From Desulfatiglandales bacterium (GTDB lineage: Bacteria > Desulfobacterota > DSM-4660 > Desulfatiglandales > Desulfatiglandaceae), in assembly GCA_963666345.1 (NCBI GenBank), contig OY762721.1, forward strand, positions 1,120,001 through 1,184,000: 64,000 nucleotides of DNA, in the 5' to 3' direction. The notes under the pieces are model-generated. The model was not told where the DNA came from and did not search any database. It was given only the letters and a program-made list of their open reading frames with translations. The position numbers and the translations under genes are program-made. This document shows, piece by piece, positions 41,422 through 51,058 of this stretch; positions within the stretch are counted from its first letter, which is position 1; each line of letters opens with the position of its first letter.

Positions 41422-41468
41422 CCAAATCTTTAATTGAGCCCATACCAATATCCTCTCAACATTATTAA

Positions 41469-41526
41469 AGCGAACACCCGGCTTCAGCACGTGCCATTAG
41501 GCGTCCGCTGAAAGCCGATGTTCGCT
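41469..41526 (-). other. attC-like integron cassette recombination site (58 bp)
   Basis: AGCGAAC-ATCGGCTTTCAGCG..GCTGAAGCCGGGT-GTTCGCT imperfect hairpin. Confidence 0.75.
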
Positions 41527-41894
41527 GCCCCTTTTCTTTCGTTCCATGTTTGCGGATAGTAGAGCTTCAACACATTCCAAAATCTTTCACGAACCACCTG
41601 TTTCCCATTATGATAATCTTCGAAAAAGCCAACTTCATTCCATTCTGGGGGATAGCAGTAGCGTTCACCATCTTCGCCATATTGGCATACCCAAAAATCC
41701 GGCTCTTCTGGATCAATGACCTTGAAACAATCATCGTCATAAAGAACGGGATCATTACCATATGGTTTCGAATCCGCATCTGTAAGCAGCCTATATGCGC
41801 CTGCTTCAATTCCGAGGACCTCATATATACGGCCTATAGTAAGGGATAGACTATACCCCTTGGAATCTTTGAGCTTTATGGGTGATACTTTCAT
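41484..41894 (-). CDS. Hypothetical protein, gene cassette
   Basis: ORF starts just after a GTT core site and reads into the attC. Confidence 0.65.
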   Translation of the reverse strand: MKVSPIKLKDSKGYSLSLTIGRIYEVLGIEAGAYRLLTDADSKPYGNDPVLYDDDCFKVIDPEEPDFWVCQYGEDGERYCYPPEWNEVGFFEDYHNGKQVVRERFWNVLKLYYPQTWNERKGAANIGFQRTPNGTC

Positions 41895-41901
41895 AATTTT
41901 A

Positions 41902-41946
41902 GCAGCGAACAATGCCATCACCGGAGGGGATGGCATTGTTCGCTGC
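41902..41946 (-). other. Short, perfectly palindromic attC-like site
   Basis: GCAGCGAACAATGCCATC-N9-GATGGCATTGTTCGCTGC. Confidence 0.6.
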
Positions 41947-41950
41947 CTGT

Positions 41951-42790
41951 CTACCCCTTATTGGCAATGACCGCAAACTCGCTTGATTTCGGATCATACG
42001 GTGTTCCAGCCAGGTCAGAATAATATCCTTTGATGGAAAGACTTGCCTCCTTAAATTCCCTCTCTAGATCTTCGGGTGCAAAATACTGTAACCAGTTGTA
42101 CACCTGCTTAGTGCGCTCAGACTCAATAATTGTGTATTTGTCCAGCACTACCTTCTCATCATCGTATTTGAATGTATTTAGAAAGCCATAATACTTGTTT
42201 GGTGACCAAAATCCGTTGAGCTGGTTCACCTCATATGTCGCGGCCTCTTCCCTTTGTTCGAATGCCGATAGGGAATAAATGTCAATAAGTACCGAACCGC
42301 CCGGTTTTAGGATCTTATGGAATTTGCGCAGAAGCCCTTTCCTTTGTTTTGGGCTAAGGGCGCAGAAATCACACATGATCATCAGGACCAGATTGAACCG
42401 GTCTTCTGTTTCAAACTCAAAGTAATTCTGATTCACGTAGCTGATGTTTAATTGCTCGCGGGTTGCGATATCCTTTGCGTACTCGATGGACCTCCCCGAA
42501 AAATCGATACCTGTCACATTTGCTCCGTGTTTCGCCAAACGTGCTGCGTATAATCCAGGACCACACCCAAAATCGGCTATCTTGGAATCTATGCCGATGT
42601 TGAACTGAGTTGCGATCCATTCCACCGATCGATTGATGAATTCCGCGTTTCGTGAAGAAACGTCGATCGCCTCGTCGAGGTGAAACAAGAGCATCTGTTT
42701 TGATGTATGTTCATCGGTCCATAGATCGCTTGCGGTGTAAAATTGAAACGGTTCCGGCCGTTCGTTAATCCCCTCTAATTCATCAAACAT
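41951..42790 (-). CDS. Class I SAM-dependent methyltransferase, first cassette
   Basis: IADFGCGPGLY, GIDFS, LKPGG. Confidence 0.85.
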   Translation of the reverse strand: MFDELEGINERPEPFQFYTASDLWTDEHTSKQMLLFHLDEAIDVSSRNAEFINRSVEWIATQFNIGIDSKIADFGCGPGLYAARLAKHGANVTGIDFSGRSIEYAKDIATREQLNISYVNQNYFEFETEDRFNLVLMIMCDFCALSPKQRKGLLRKFHKILKPGGSVLIDIYSLSAFEQREEAATYEVNQLNGFWSPNKYYGFLNTFKYDDEKVVLDKYTIIESERTKQVYNWLQYFAPEDLEREFKEASLSIKGYYSDLAGTPYDPKSSEFAVIANKG

Positions 42791-42810
42791 TCTCTATCCT
42801 TGTTTATTAC

Positions 42811-42921
42811 ACAGAACAGTCCCAATATGAGGAAAATTTTCCATCTATTGGCATATTTAAACATGAAATATGGAAAATTTCATATCGACTTTTCCACCTA
42901 ACAGATAATGCTATCGATATC
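42811..42921 (-). other. attI/promoter region of integron relic 1
   Basis: GTTCTGT core at 42811-42817; homologous to 47522-47664 starting at the core site. Confidence 0.6.
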
Positions 42922-43011
42922 ATGGAAAGTTCAAAATTCCGACCGGATCCCAATCTTCGTCTCATGGATCAGGTGCGACAGGTCTTGAGTTATCACCATT
43001 ATTCCTATCGC
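42922..43011 (+). pseudogene. intI: Integron integrase N-terminal stub
   Basis: MESSKFRPDPNLRLMDQVRQVLSYHHYSYR resembles the IntI N-terminus; divergent from the cassettes. Confidence 0.75.
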
Positions 43012-43022
43012 AAAGTCCTGAT

Positions 43023-43190
43023 GGTCAGGTCTTGAATGTTGAATGTCTGGGTTCTTTTTCGATTGCCCGAATCCTTTTCTTCAGGTTTCTGTTCTGATAA
43101 ATTTTGCTCTTTACCCATCAGCCGGCATCTATGTGAATGGTGCCCTTTATCTCAGCCTCCATGGGTTAATTCAAATTTCAGGACCTGACC
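43023..43190. repeat. REP-like inverted-repeat-bounded segment at the intI truncation
   Basis: GGTCAGGTCTTGAA ... TTCAGGACCTGACC. Confidence 0.55.
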
Positions 43191-43426
43191 CCTCTGCCCC
43201 GTAAAAAGAAACTCTTTCTTGTGACATCTATGGGTAATATGCCACGCATATCCTGGTATGTAATGTCGATTTGCCCTTGGCATATTGTCCCCGATTTCTT
43301 AGAAATTAAAGTTTGGCATCAAAATTAATAATTTAAGCCAAAAAACGCTTAACATTCCGACATTTTAGCTTTATTTCAGTTGGTTACCTCGGTCCTACCC
43401 CCGATTAACACTCTCTTATAATTTAA

Positions 43427-46400
43427 TCAACGCATGGCATCCAGATCAAGCGCGACTGATATTGACTCGTCGGTAGTTCCTTCGGACGGCTTGACCATTA
43501 AACGTTCGGTAGGCAGTCCTTCAGTACCGGTGGTCATCATTCTTACAATAGCCTGTGCCCTATTGTCCGCTAGCTGTTTGAGCGTTGATCTTTCAACCTG
43601 CTCACGTTTCACAAGATCGGCGAACAGCTGTTTGGCAAGTTTAGCGGGATTTTCAGATACCTGTGTTGTATCAGCATTTTTTTTCACCTGTTTTGATTTG
43701 ATTTTTTCATCCTCAGGCTCCTTTTCAGGTTTCAGGGCCTCGTAAGCCTCCTGACCGTACCTTTCAACCAGGATTTCCGCTAATTTCTCCAGAGATTGAG
43801 GATTGCTGAAATCCACAGGTCCCGGATCTTCTCCCGGAGCCAAATGCACCCCTGTTGCCTCTGCCACTGCTCGACGGACCTTAATCCGTTTGATTGCCTC
43901 TCCATCGGAATCGCTGTTATAGCGACCTGTAACTATAAGCTTTAAATTGGGTCTTTTACTAAGTGCATCGAGTAATTTCACCAGTTTTTCCTGTTCCGGC
44001 GGAGGGACTTCATGGCGCCCTGCTTCAAAAATTATGGCATCAAGTTCTTCCTCCTCACCCCCTAACAACCCTCCGAGGGCCTTGAAAGGGGCTGTGACTA
44101 TCTTGGTCAGCAGGTTAACCAAGGCCTTCCATACAAGCGGGCCGTAGCGGAATTCAGGGTCTTCAAGGCTGCCGGTTATCGGCAAATCCATATCGATTAC
44201 ACCATTTGAATCTCTTAATAGGGCAATGGCGAGATCAAGCGGGAGGTTCATGGCATCGGGACTTTCGACTTTTTCACCCAGCTTCAGGGTATCTATCACA
44301 ATCTTGTTTTGACTCAGCAGTTGGCTGTTTTCGATCTTGTATTGCAGATCCAGGGAAAGCTTGCCGGAGTCGATCTTACGTCCCGCAAATTTGCCAGAAT
44401 AAGGTGTCAGATTGCTCATATCCACGTTGCTAAATATCACGGAGATATCTGTATGCTCTTTCGGATTAAAGGAATTGATCTCACCTTTGATGTTACTGCT
44501 TCCATATTCATCAACACGGCCTTGGAGGTCAACCTGTGTCAGGGCACCCGGAGAAGAAGATATACCTATAACCGTACCTTTAAGTTCATGGATTTTTGAA
44601 GCAAACTGAGGTCTCAGGCTGAGATCGGCAAAATCCAGTTTGCCTCTATCGAGGCTCAGCCTTCCGACCCTCACAGAAAAGGGCTGCCCTTCAGACTTCG
44701 GAGAAGATTCTTTAGGTTTAATTTCCGCTGAAGCTCTATCTTTGTCGCTAAATGCCTCCACCAGATTAACCGTCTTATCTTTATAAATGATAAATTTTCC
44801 CTCCAGCCCGGCAAGTTTCAGGATATCCATTTTTATCTCATTTGGTTTCAAACTAAAAAAGAGATCCGGGGTCTCAAGCTGCTCCCATCCCATCAGGGTA
44901 GCAGTACTGGAGTTTTCAATGATCTTAAGATGTGAAAAACCTATCCGTCCCTTGTATGTCGTGCCTCCTTTTGAATTACGATTAAATGTCCCGGCTGTGG
45001 ACAAGAGGCCGGACTTCAGCGTAAGGTCTGCAGCAGCTTTGGCAAGATAGGGCTGTGCAACGGGCAGGGAAAAGTCAGTTACGGTAACATCGGACTTTAT
45101 CTCAAAGCTAACCGGGTCAAGCTTGCCCGATACCGAAAACTCACCGCCTTGGACAACCTTAAGAGAAATCTCGAATGGGGATGGAGACGTTCCATCAAAA
45201 CGTGAAACAGTCAGATTAATGTTATCTAGATCAATCAGAGTGCTGCCTGGTTTTACCGTTAAATCAAAGATCTTTGTTTTGAAGCCCGAAAGCGATGCCT
45301 TTTCAACCAAGTATTGCCAGCCATTGCTGTCCTTTTCTTTTGGAGCCTTCTCAGGGGCAACCTGTTCTGAGTCTTTTGAGACAAGCAATTGGGCAAGGTT
45401 GATTTTGTTATCCTTATCACGGATAACATTAACCATGCCGTTTGAAAGCTCCAAACGGGAAATGGAAGCAGACTTCGTACCAAGGTCAAAAGACCCATCC
45501 GCCAATGTCATGGCTTCTATCTCAACGGCCGGCTGGGAGGCAGTTAAGAATTCCATCGCGATCTGCTTAAGGCTCAGGCCAAGGTCATCAACCTTAAGTT
45601 GTGCCTCTGTCGAACCGACGTTGATAGCCGCATTGAAGGCTAGCCGGACTTCATCGGCGGAAAAGCGGGTCGGCTTGGCTTTGCTATGGTCTGTGAAATT
45701 AATCGCCAGTTTTTGAAGGTCAAAGTCCGCGATATTAATGGCCCAAGGGTTTCCTTTATCTTTTGTGCTAGATGAAGGGGACGAAACCGGTCTTGTTTCT
45801 GTCTTTCTGCTTGTGAGCCTATGGATGCTCAACACCCCATCCCGGTCCTTTATAAGGTTCAGGGTTCCTCCCCGGATTGCAAGGCTGACTGGATCGATTC
45901 TGTGTTGGACGAGATCCACTTTTTCAGCATCCACACTTATTTCAAGCAGGCTCAAGAAGGGTTTTTCTGCCCCTTTACGCTGAAGCTTAAGGTTATCGCT
46001 CTTCACACTCAAATCATTCAAGGCAAATACAGGATTGTCTTTGCTCAAATCGAGAAGGTATTGGGTTTCTATGTTCAGTTTACCCTCCGGAGGGGCAATG
46101 TTCAAAAGAGAACAGACAAAATGCCAAGGGGTTATCAGGGATATCTGTTGAAATGCCAAGCTGCCTTGAGAGCGCAGTGGCTGCAACGAAACCTGGCCCG
46201 ATCCTTTGAGGGTTGCGCCATCCGCGCTTGTCGTTAATGTGTATTGGCCCACACGATCGGGTAATGTTGAGATACCACTCAGCCGGATGTCTAGAGGGGA
46301 AAATGACACACTTGCCGGTTTGGGCTGTCGATTATCTGTAATATCAATCCGGGCCCGGTTGATCCCTGCATCATGCAGCAATAACCTTAATGGTTTGCTT

Positions 46401-46831
46401 TTCTTTTCATCAGATGCCGCTTTTTTCTCTCCTGCCAGACGGGTCAAATTAACTTCGCCATTCTTCTCAATTAAGATATTCACGGACGGCGCATCAACAG
46501 AGATCTCTGCAAAGGTGAGTGCCCAGCGGAAAAGACTGCTGATTTGAAAATTGACGTACAAACGCTGGAACCCGGCAATTGCTATTCCATCAGGTTCATT
46601 AATCTGAAAAGCCGTTGCCTCTAGTGACAGGGTATAGGGATTAATTTTAACCTGCTCAAGGGATACTTCACAGTCAAGGCGTTGACTGAGCGTCTGCGGA
46701 AGATAGCGTTCAATTAAAAATGGCATCAAGACGAACCCAGCAATCGTATATAGAGCTATCAAAATGGCGACAATAATGAAGGCTTTGCTCCTGACAATTC
46801 TGATAAAAGTCTCTTTTAATTTATCATTCAT
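43427..46831 (-). CDS. DUF748-type (AsmA-like) envelope protein
   Basis: N-terminal TM, INPYTL repeat start, PYSGKFAG..I..GKL.LDL.Y, LPLDLAIALL.D..G.ID.DLP. Confidence 0.82.
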   Translation of the reverse strand: MNDKLKETFIRIVRSKAFIIVAILIALYTIAGFVLMPFLIERYLPQTLSQRLDCEVSLEQVKINPYTLSLEATAFQINEPDGIAIAGFQRLYVNFQISSLFRWALTFAEISVDAPSVNILIEKNGEVNLTRLAGEKKAASDEKKSKPLRLLLHDAGINRARIDITDNRQPKPASVSFSPLDIRLSGISTLPDRVGQYTLTTSADGATLKGSGQVSLQPLRSQGSLAFQQISLITPWHFVCSLLNIAPPEGKLNIETQYLLDLSKDNPVFALNDLSVKSDNLKLQRKGAEKPFLSLLEISVDAEKVDLVQHRIDPVSLAIRGGTLNLIKDRDGVLSIHRLTSRKTETRPVSSPSSSTKDKGNPWAINIADFDLQKLAINFTDHSKAKPTRFSADEVRLAFNAAINVGSTEAQLKVDDLGLSLKQIAMEFLTASQPAVEIEAMTLADGSFDLGTKSASISRLELSNGMVNVIRDKDNKINLAQLLVSKDSEQVAPEKAPKEKDSNGWQYLVEKASLSGFKTKIFDLTVKPGSTLIDLDNINLTVSRFDGTSPSPFEISLKVVQGGEFSVSGKLDPVSFEIKSDVTVTDFSLPVAQPYLAKAAADLTLKSGLLSTAGTFNRNSKGGTTYKGRIGFSHLKIIENSSTATLMGWEQLETPDLFFSLKPNEIKMDILKLAGLEGKFIIYKDKTVNLVEAFSDKDRASAEIKPKESSPKSEGQPFSVRVGRLSLDRGKLDFADLSLRPQFASKIHELKGTVIGISSSPGALTQVDLQGRVDEYGSSNIKGEINSFNPKEHTDISVIFSNVDMSNLTPYSGKFAGRKIDSGKLSLDLQYKIENSQLLSQNKIVIDTLKLGEKVESPDAMNLPLDLAIALLRDSNGVIDMDLPITGSLEDPEFRYGPLVWKALVNLLTKIVTAPFKALGGLLGGEEEELDAIIFEAGRHEVPPPEQEKLVKLLDALSKRPNLKLIVTGRYNSDSDGEAIKRIKVRRAVAEATGVHLAPGEDPGPVDFSNPQSLEKLAEILVERYGQEAYEALKPEKEPEDEKIKSKQVKKNADTTQVSENPAKLAKQLFADLVKREQVERSTLKQLADNRAQAIVRMMTTGTEGLPTERLMVKPSEGTTDESISVALDLDAMR

Positions 46832-46952
46832 TGCATACTCCTCATAGACCCATCGCGATTATTATTCCTTTTGAAGGTATCCTCTTAACCGGTAGCATTT
46901 TCCAACCGCCTGTCGTGCTTCATGATTATTGTATGGCTGTATCAATAAAAAA

Positions 46953-46971
46953 GGTTCATCCGGCAAATGCC
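46953..46971. mobile_element. Solo ISL3-type terminal inverted repeat
   Basis: GGTTCATCCGGCAAATGCC, 19/19 identical to the IR at 52257. Confidence 0.65.
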
Positions 46972-47184
46972 TTATACCAATGAAGTCTTCAACTCGCGTA
47001 AAGGCCTCAACTTCTGTTAGCCCTGCCCTTGTCGTATTTTCCCATGCTTTTGCAGGACGTTTGACTCTTGATTCAGTGATCCTACCACGGACGCCCGTAC
47101 GAACAGCCAATTGACCAAGTCTGAGCCTCAGCAATAAGGTAATTTGTTAGGCGATAATACGAAAAACTCCATATCGGTCACTGT

Positions 47185-47466
47185 CTATTTTAGAAGCTCC
47201 TCTGCTTCTGATGGAGTTGCCAAAGGGTAGATGTCAAAACTTACGGGGACAATGTTTGTCCATTGCGTCATAAGTTTATGAAGCTCATCGTTTGAAGACA
47301 CATCAAAAATGGCAACAATGCCTCTGCCTACCCTTGGGTAGAAGCAAACAATTTTATCTTTTGATTTTAAATCATTAATCCAAGAAAAAAATCCCAATCT
47401 CGCGTTCTTTACATCTTCCGGCCTGGAAGGGTGCGGTGTACTCACTACTAAATATAGCATATTCAA
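47185..47466 (-). CDS. Small muconolactone-isomerase/DUF3303-like protein, probable cassette
   Basis: IFDVSSNDELHKLMTQW..FDIYPL; bracketed by GTCAGGCG and CGCCTAAC. Confidence 0.6.
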   Translation of the reverse strand: MNMLYLVVSTPHPSRPEDVKNARLGFFSWINDLKSKDKIVCFYPRVGRGIVAIFDVSSNDELHKLMTQWTNIVPVSFDIYPLATPSEAEELLK

Positions 47467-47521
47467 ACACCTTCTTGATTTTCAGATTTTAATGTTTTTC
47501 TGTACAGTTTTGAAATTTTTC

Positions 47522-47682
47522 GCCTGACAGTTCCAATATAAGGAATATTTTCCATCTATTGTTTCTATAGAAAGGGAAAAAGTCCTCTTATTGGCATATT
47601 TAATCATAAAACATGGAAAAGTTCACATCGACTTTCCCATCTAACAGATAATGCCATCGATATCATGGAAAATTCAAAATTC
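47522..47682. other. attI/promoter region and 6-codon intI stub (MENSKF), integron relic 2
   Basis: Diverged copy of 42811-42939. Confidence 0.6.
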
Positions 47683-47745
47683 CTCCATTTTAGCTTTATT
47701 TCAGTTAGTTACCTCGACGACCTCCGATTAATTGTTTTTATATTG

Positions 47746-48277
47746 GGTTCTTCTCCAACTTAGTTGTCGAAGAGGGTCCAAGGATTCAAGGATTCAAGGG
47801 TTTTCTTTCCAGGGATCATCGCTTTGGACATTGCCCCGACATCCCCTATTTCCCTTCTTAATCTCTGAAGCCGCTCTTCTTTCAAATAACCCAGGTCAGC
47901 TGATGTCATGTCCCGGGTTTCCAATTCACAGGCTGAACCATATGCAATAAAGAAAAATTACATATACTCTATAGCCGTTTTTCTCCCATACCCTCAGGCG
48001 GTATCCCTTGATACGAAAACAGCGGATCTTCTGATTCGGGAGGTAAAACAGTATTGCTCATCTTTAAAAAAACGTTTCGTTTCTTTATACATATGCAAAC
48101 GAGGTGTATACAATTTTTGCCGAACGTTTAACTTCCTATGATCTTTAAGCTTTTCACTCGAACCCGCGGCCCCTTGACCCCTCCAAACCGGGAACCCGCT
48201 GCGAAGCAGTGGGACTGAGCTGAGCTAAGCGAGGGCGAAGAATCCTTCATTTAGACCAACTCTTTTGGAGATGATCC
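47746..48277. mobile_element. TIR-bounded element carrying a four-helix-bundle pseudogene (copy B), 8-bp target-site duplication
   Basis: Ends GGTTCTTCTCCAACTTAGTTG / CAACTCTTTTGGAGATGATCC; TTATATTG on both flanks. Confidence 0.75.
47787..48152 (-). pseudogene. Four-helix-bundle (23S rRNA IVS-protein-like) pseudogene
   Basis: TSRIRRSAV..A*GYGRKT..IAYGSACELET..DLGYL..SLERKPLNP; two stops and a frameshift. Confidence 0.8.
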
Positions 48278-48316
48278 TTATATTGTTGGTTTGGATTTAC
48301 GGGCAGGACAATTCTT

Positions 48317-48385
48317 ATTAAACGCATGGGCTGACGGATGCGCAATCGTTTTCCCGCGTATCCTTTGTCAAGCCCGATGTTCGGT
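48317..48385 (-). other. attC-like site after hicA
   Basis: ACCGAAC..GGGCTTGAC..GGAT../..ATCCGTCAGCCC..GTTTAAT. Confidence 0.6.
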
Positions 48386-48388
48386 TTT

Positions 48389-48568
48389 CTATTCGGCATT
48401 CAGATCCTTCAAAATTTTTTTTGCTAATGGTTATTTGATCTCGGTATGCCGGGGGACAGTTTCCGTAGCTCCATTCTTCGGATTAATCCAAAGTGAATGC
48501 GAGGCCCCCTCCCTCTTCAGGTAGCAGCCCGCAATTCTCAATCTTCGCTCAAGGTCTCGTCGTTTCAT
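48389..48568 (-). pseudogene. hicA: HicA-family toxin with a premature TAA at codon 46
   Basis: MKRRDLERRLRIAGCYLKREGASHSLWINP..VPRHTEIK*PLAKKILKDL. Confidence 0.8.
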
Positions 48569-48783
48569 CCTATCAGAACCTTATCCTGGATCGCGTCATC
48601 AGGCAGCCCCCGAAGAATGTCGGCCTTGCGATCTTCCAAAATCAATTCAATAGCCTGACGCAGATTTGTTTTGGTTTCTTCTATTGTCTCGCCCTGTCCG
48701 TTGGCGCCGGGTACCTCCGGACAGATAGCCCAGAAGTCGCCCTCGGGAGCCGGTTCTATGATTGCCGTAAATTCAGCTTTCAT
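48565..48783 (-). CDS. hicB: HicB-family antitoxin
   Basis: FTAIIE..WAICPEVPGANGQGETIEE..NL..AIELIL; AAGGAG RBS. Confidence 0.88.
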   Translation of the reverse strand: MKAEFTAIIEPAPEGDFWAICPEVPGANGQGETIEETKTNLRQAIELILEDRKADILRGLPDDAIQDKVLIG

Positions 48784-49173
48784 TATCATCTCCTTATTTA
48801 TCATTGAAAGAACCAACCTCTCGCCTGATTGACCGTAGCGGAACCGCAATCAGGCGAGAAAGAAAATTGCACTTATTTCACTTCATTTTTAAATATCAGC
48901 GAATCTCCGTATGCATCTTTTTCAAACCGGCTATCATGTTTTAAAAATATTTTCATATTCTCATTTTCTGTGCTGAAATGATGTATCAGGATTTAGAACC
49001 GGGGCACGGTAACATATTGCAATTTACCACTTAACATTCCAAAAATAAATCCTGATTCAATAGGTGTATCATAATTTGAATCAAGGGCCTTTTTTCATGG
49101 CTGCCGTGATTAAAATGATCAAATACCGTATGCAAGGCCAAAAAGGACTATTCTGGGGGAAGCCAAAAATATT

Positions 49174-49810
49174 TCACAGGGCCATAAAAAAGCGGTCAAA
49201 CCCTGCAACAAAGGCTCTTCCATCCTTTTTAAGAAGCACACCTTCCTCTCCTGTAACCTGAACAATGGGGAAAACATCCCCGTTCCATTCCTGCCTGAAC
49301 CTATGAAGGATAGATGAAAAACCGCGTGATTTTGCCTTGCACTCAACTGCAAGGATCGGTCGATTTTTGAGTGTCAAAACAAAATCGATCTCCTTTTTGT
49401 CATAGGTCCTGACATAGTAGAGCCCCACCTTCGGCCACCCTGCATCATAAAGTGAGGTAACGAAACGGAGCAATTCAGTTCCTACCATATTTTCAAACCG
49501 GCTGCCTTCCCTGCCCGCATAAGTCCAGTCAAGAAAATACCATTTCTTTTCCTTCTTCATGGCCCTGTTTATCTTCCCTGAAACAGGGGGAATCGGCCAA
49601 GCGAGATAGAGGCTCTGCAGTGCTGACAGCCATGCCTGGACCGTGCTGTGACTTGATTCAATGTCTTCAGCAAGGGAACGCAGCGAAAGGGGCGATCCTA
49701 TCCTTTCCGGAAGAAGCTCCACGAGGTGAGAGACACGGTCAAGTTCTCTGATCCCTGAAAGATCTCTCAGGTCTTCCCGCACAAGAAGGCTCAAATAATC
49801 CCTGTGCCAG
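49174..49810 (-). pseudogene. C-terminal fragment of an AAA/DUF4143 ATPase-nuclease
   Basis: EDLRDL, KWYFLD, FENMV, EIDFV..AVECK; no Walker A region present. Confidence 0.65.
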
Positions 49811-49902
49811 CAATTGACCAGTAAAAGCATATACGCCATTGATCATTAATGCGAATGCCGTATTGACCTGAACGATCACCTTTGCCATGCCCGGCACACA
49901 AG

Positions 49903-49955
49903 GTTAAACTGAGAGGCGCGTTTTTTTAGCGGTCGGCTCAAGTGATTGGTTCGCT
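49903..49955 (-). other. Degenerate attC-like site after the toxin gene
   Basis: AGCGAACCAATCACTTGAGCCGACCGC..CTCAGTTTAAC. Confidence 0.5.
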
Positions 49956-50236
49956 TATGTGCTTTTGACATACGTCTTCAGATCGCGATAATAATTCTCA
50001 TGGGGGCCAATCATTATCAATTCGAGGTCTTCCGCCACGAATCTGTAAGCCAAAAGATACTGAGTCGTCTTAATATTATACTTATGGACGTAGATCCCTC
50101 GCAGATCACCTTTCTTTTCGGTACCAATAGCCGGATTTTCAGCAATGAGCTTGACTTGTTCATCAAGTTGCAACTTCTGTGTCTTGCTGAACTTCTTGAC
50201 TTTTCGCGCAAACGATCTTGATTGAAGAATCTTCAT
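49955..50236 (-). CDS. RelE/ParE-superfamily toxin
   Basis: F.RKVKK, NP.IG..KKGDL, GPHENYYRDLK. Confidence 0.85.
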   Translation of the reverse strand: MKILQSRSFARKVKKFSKTQKLQLDEQVKLIAENPAIGTEKKGDLRGIYVHKYNIKTTQYLLAYRFVAEDLELIMIGPHENYYRDLKTYVKST

Positions 50237-50242
50237 AGGGGA

Positions 50243-50461
50243 CTACCCGAATTTGTATTCTGAGGATTCATCCAGTTCCAGCTCAGCGACTCCAATAAGG
50301 ATTTCTTTAATCAGGCCATACGTGAGGTCGGGATTATCCTCAGCGCATTTGCCGATTCTGGCCCAATGTTCAATTTGGCCGGTGATAGACCGTTTGTCGA
50401 TTTTGCTATAGATTTTAGCCTCTTTGACCAGATCGCCAGAGACTCTTACAGCGGTTGCCAT
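50243..50461 (-). CDS. ParD-like antitoxin
   Basis: RSITGQIEHWARIGK.AEDNPDL.Y; GGAGG RBS. Confidence 0.85.
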   Translation of the reverse strand: MATAVRVSGDLVKEAKIYSKIDKRSITGQIEHWARIGKCAEDNPDLTYGLIKEILIGVAELELDESSEYKFG

Positions 50462-50488
50462 GTCAGCACCTCCGATTAATTTTATTGC

Positions 50489-50517
50489 AATATACTACAA
50501 TTCATAGCAATTTGCAA
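50489..50517 (-). promoter_or_regulatory. sigma70-type promoter inside the TA cassette
   Basis: TTGCAA-N17-TATATT. Confidence 0.5.
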
Positions 50518-50545
50518 CATTTGTAAGTGGGATTGTCAATATTGA

Positions 50546-50649
50546 AGCGAACGCCCCGCCTGAGCCGCGGCCCATTAAAATTTCAACCCTTCACAGTTTT
50601 AACGAAAAACCGCAATTTTTCCGCCGTCTGCTCCAGGCGGATGTTAGCT
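50546..50649 (-). other. attC site (104 bp)
   Basis: AGCTAAC (contains the upstream stop) ATCCGCCTGGAGCAGACGGC..GCCGCGGCTCAGGCGGGGC-GTTCGCT. Confidence 0.8.
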
Positions 50650-51054
50650 GCCGGGAACAAACCCAGCAGGGGGAACACTCTTGTTTCTCACTGAATGTAT
50701 GACCTTGTCGTTTGCTAAACGAACCCTGGCAAGGGAATAAGCATTTTCTCTGATTTTCTCTGGAAGATGATTAAGCGGGATCCATGTTTCCCACGATTCT
50801 TCTGGCTTGAGTCGCCGGGGAAGTGGCCGAGCAGGATTAAGTATATGAATGTCTGTACCGGCGACAACCCAAACATGGGTCACCTCAACTTCACGTTGAG
50901 GAGATGCATTCCTAACGTTGATGAAATAACACTCTGGGCCATTGGGTAAAAGAAGAGCACTATGGCAACGGACTTTTACACTTTTGCAAAGACCAATTGC
51001 ACTAAATATCCACCCGAGAACTGTTTGAACCATCTCTAAAATCACCTCAATCAT
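50644..51054 (-). CDS. Hypothetical protein, gene cassette
   Basis: ATG 4 nt after a GTTATCT core; stop inside the next attC. Confidence 0.7.
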   Translation of the reverse strand: MIEVILEMVQTVLGWIFSAIGLCKSVKVRCHSALLLPNGPECYFINVRNASPQREVEVTHVWVVAGTDIHILNPARPLPRRLKPEESWETWIPLNHLPEKIRENAYSLARVRLANDKVIHSVRNKSVPPAGFVPGS

Positions 51055-51058
51055 AGGC

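Noticed and set aside
47994..47996. In-frame TGA in the four-helix-bundle gene as possible Sec
   Set aside because: The same gene also has a TAA and a frameshift, and the position is not a Cys column; ordinary decay
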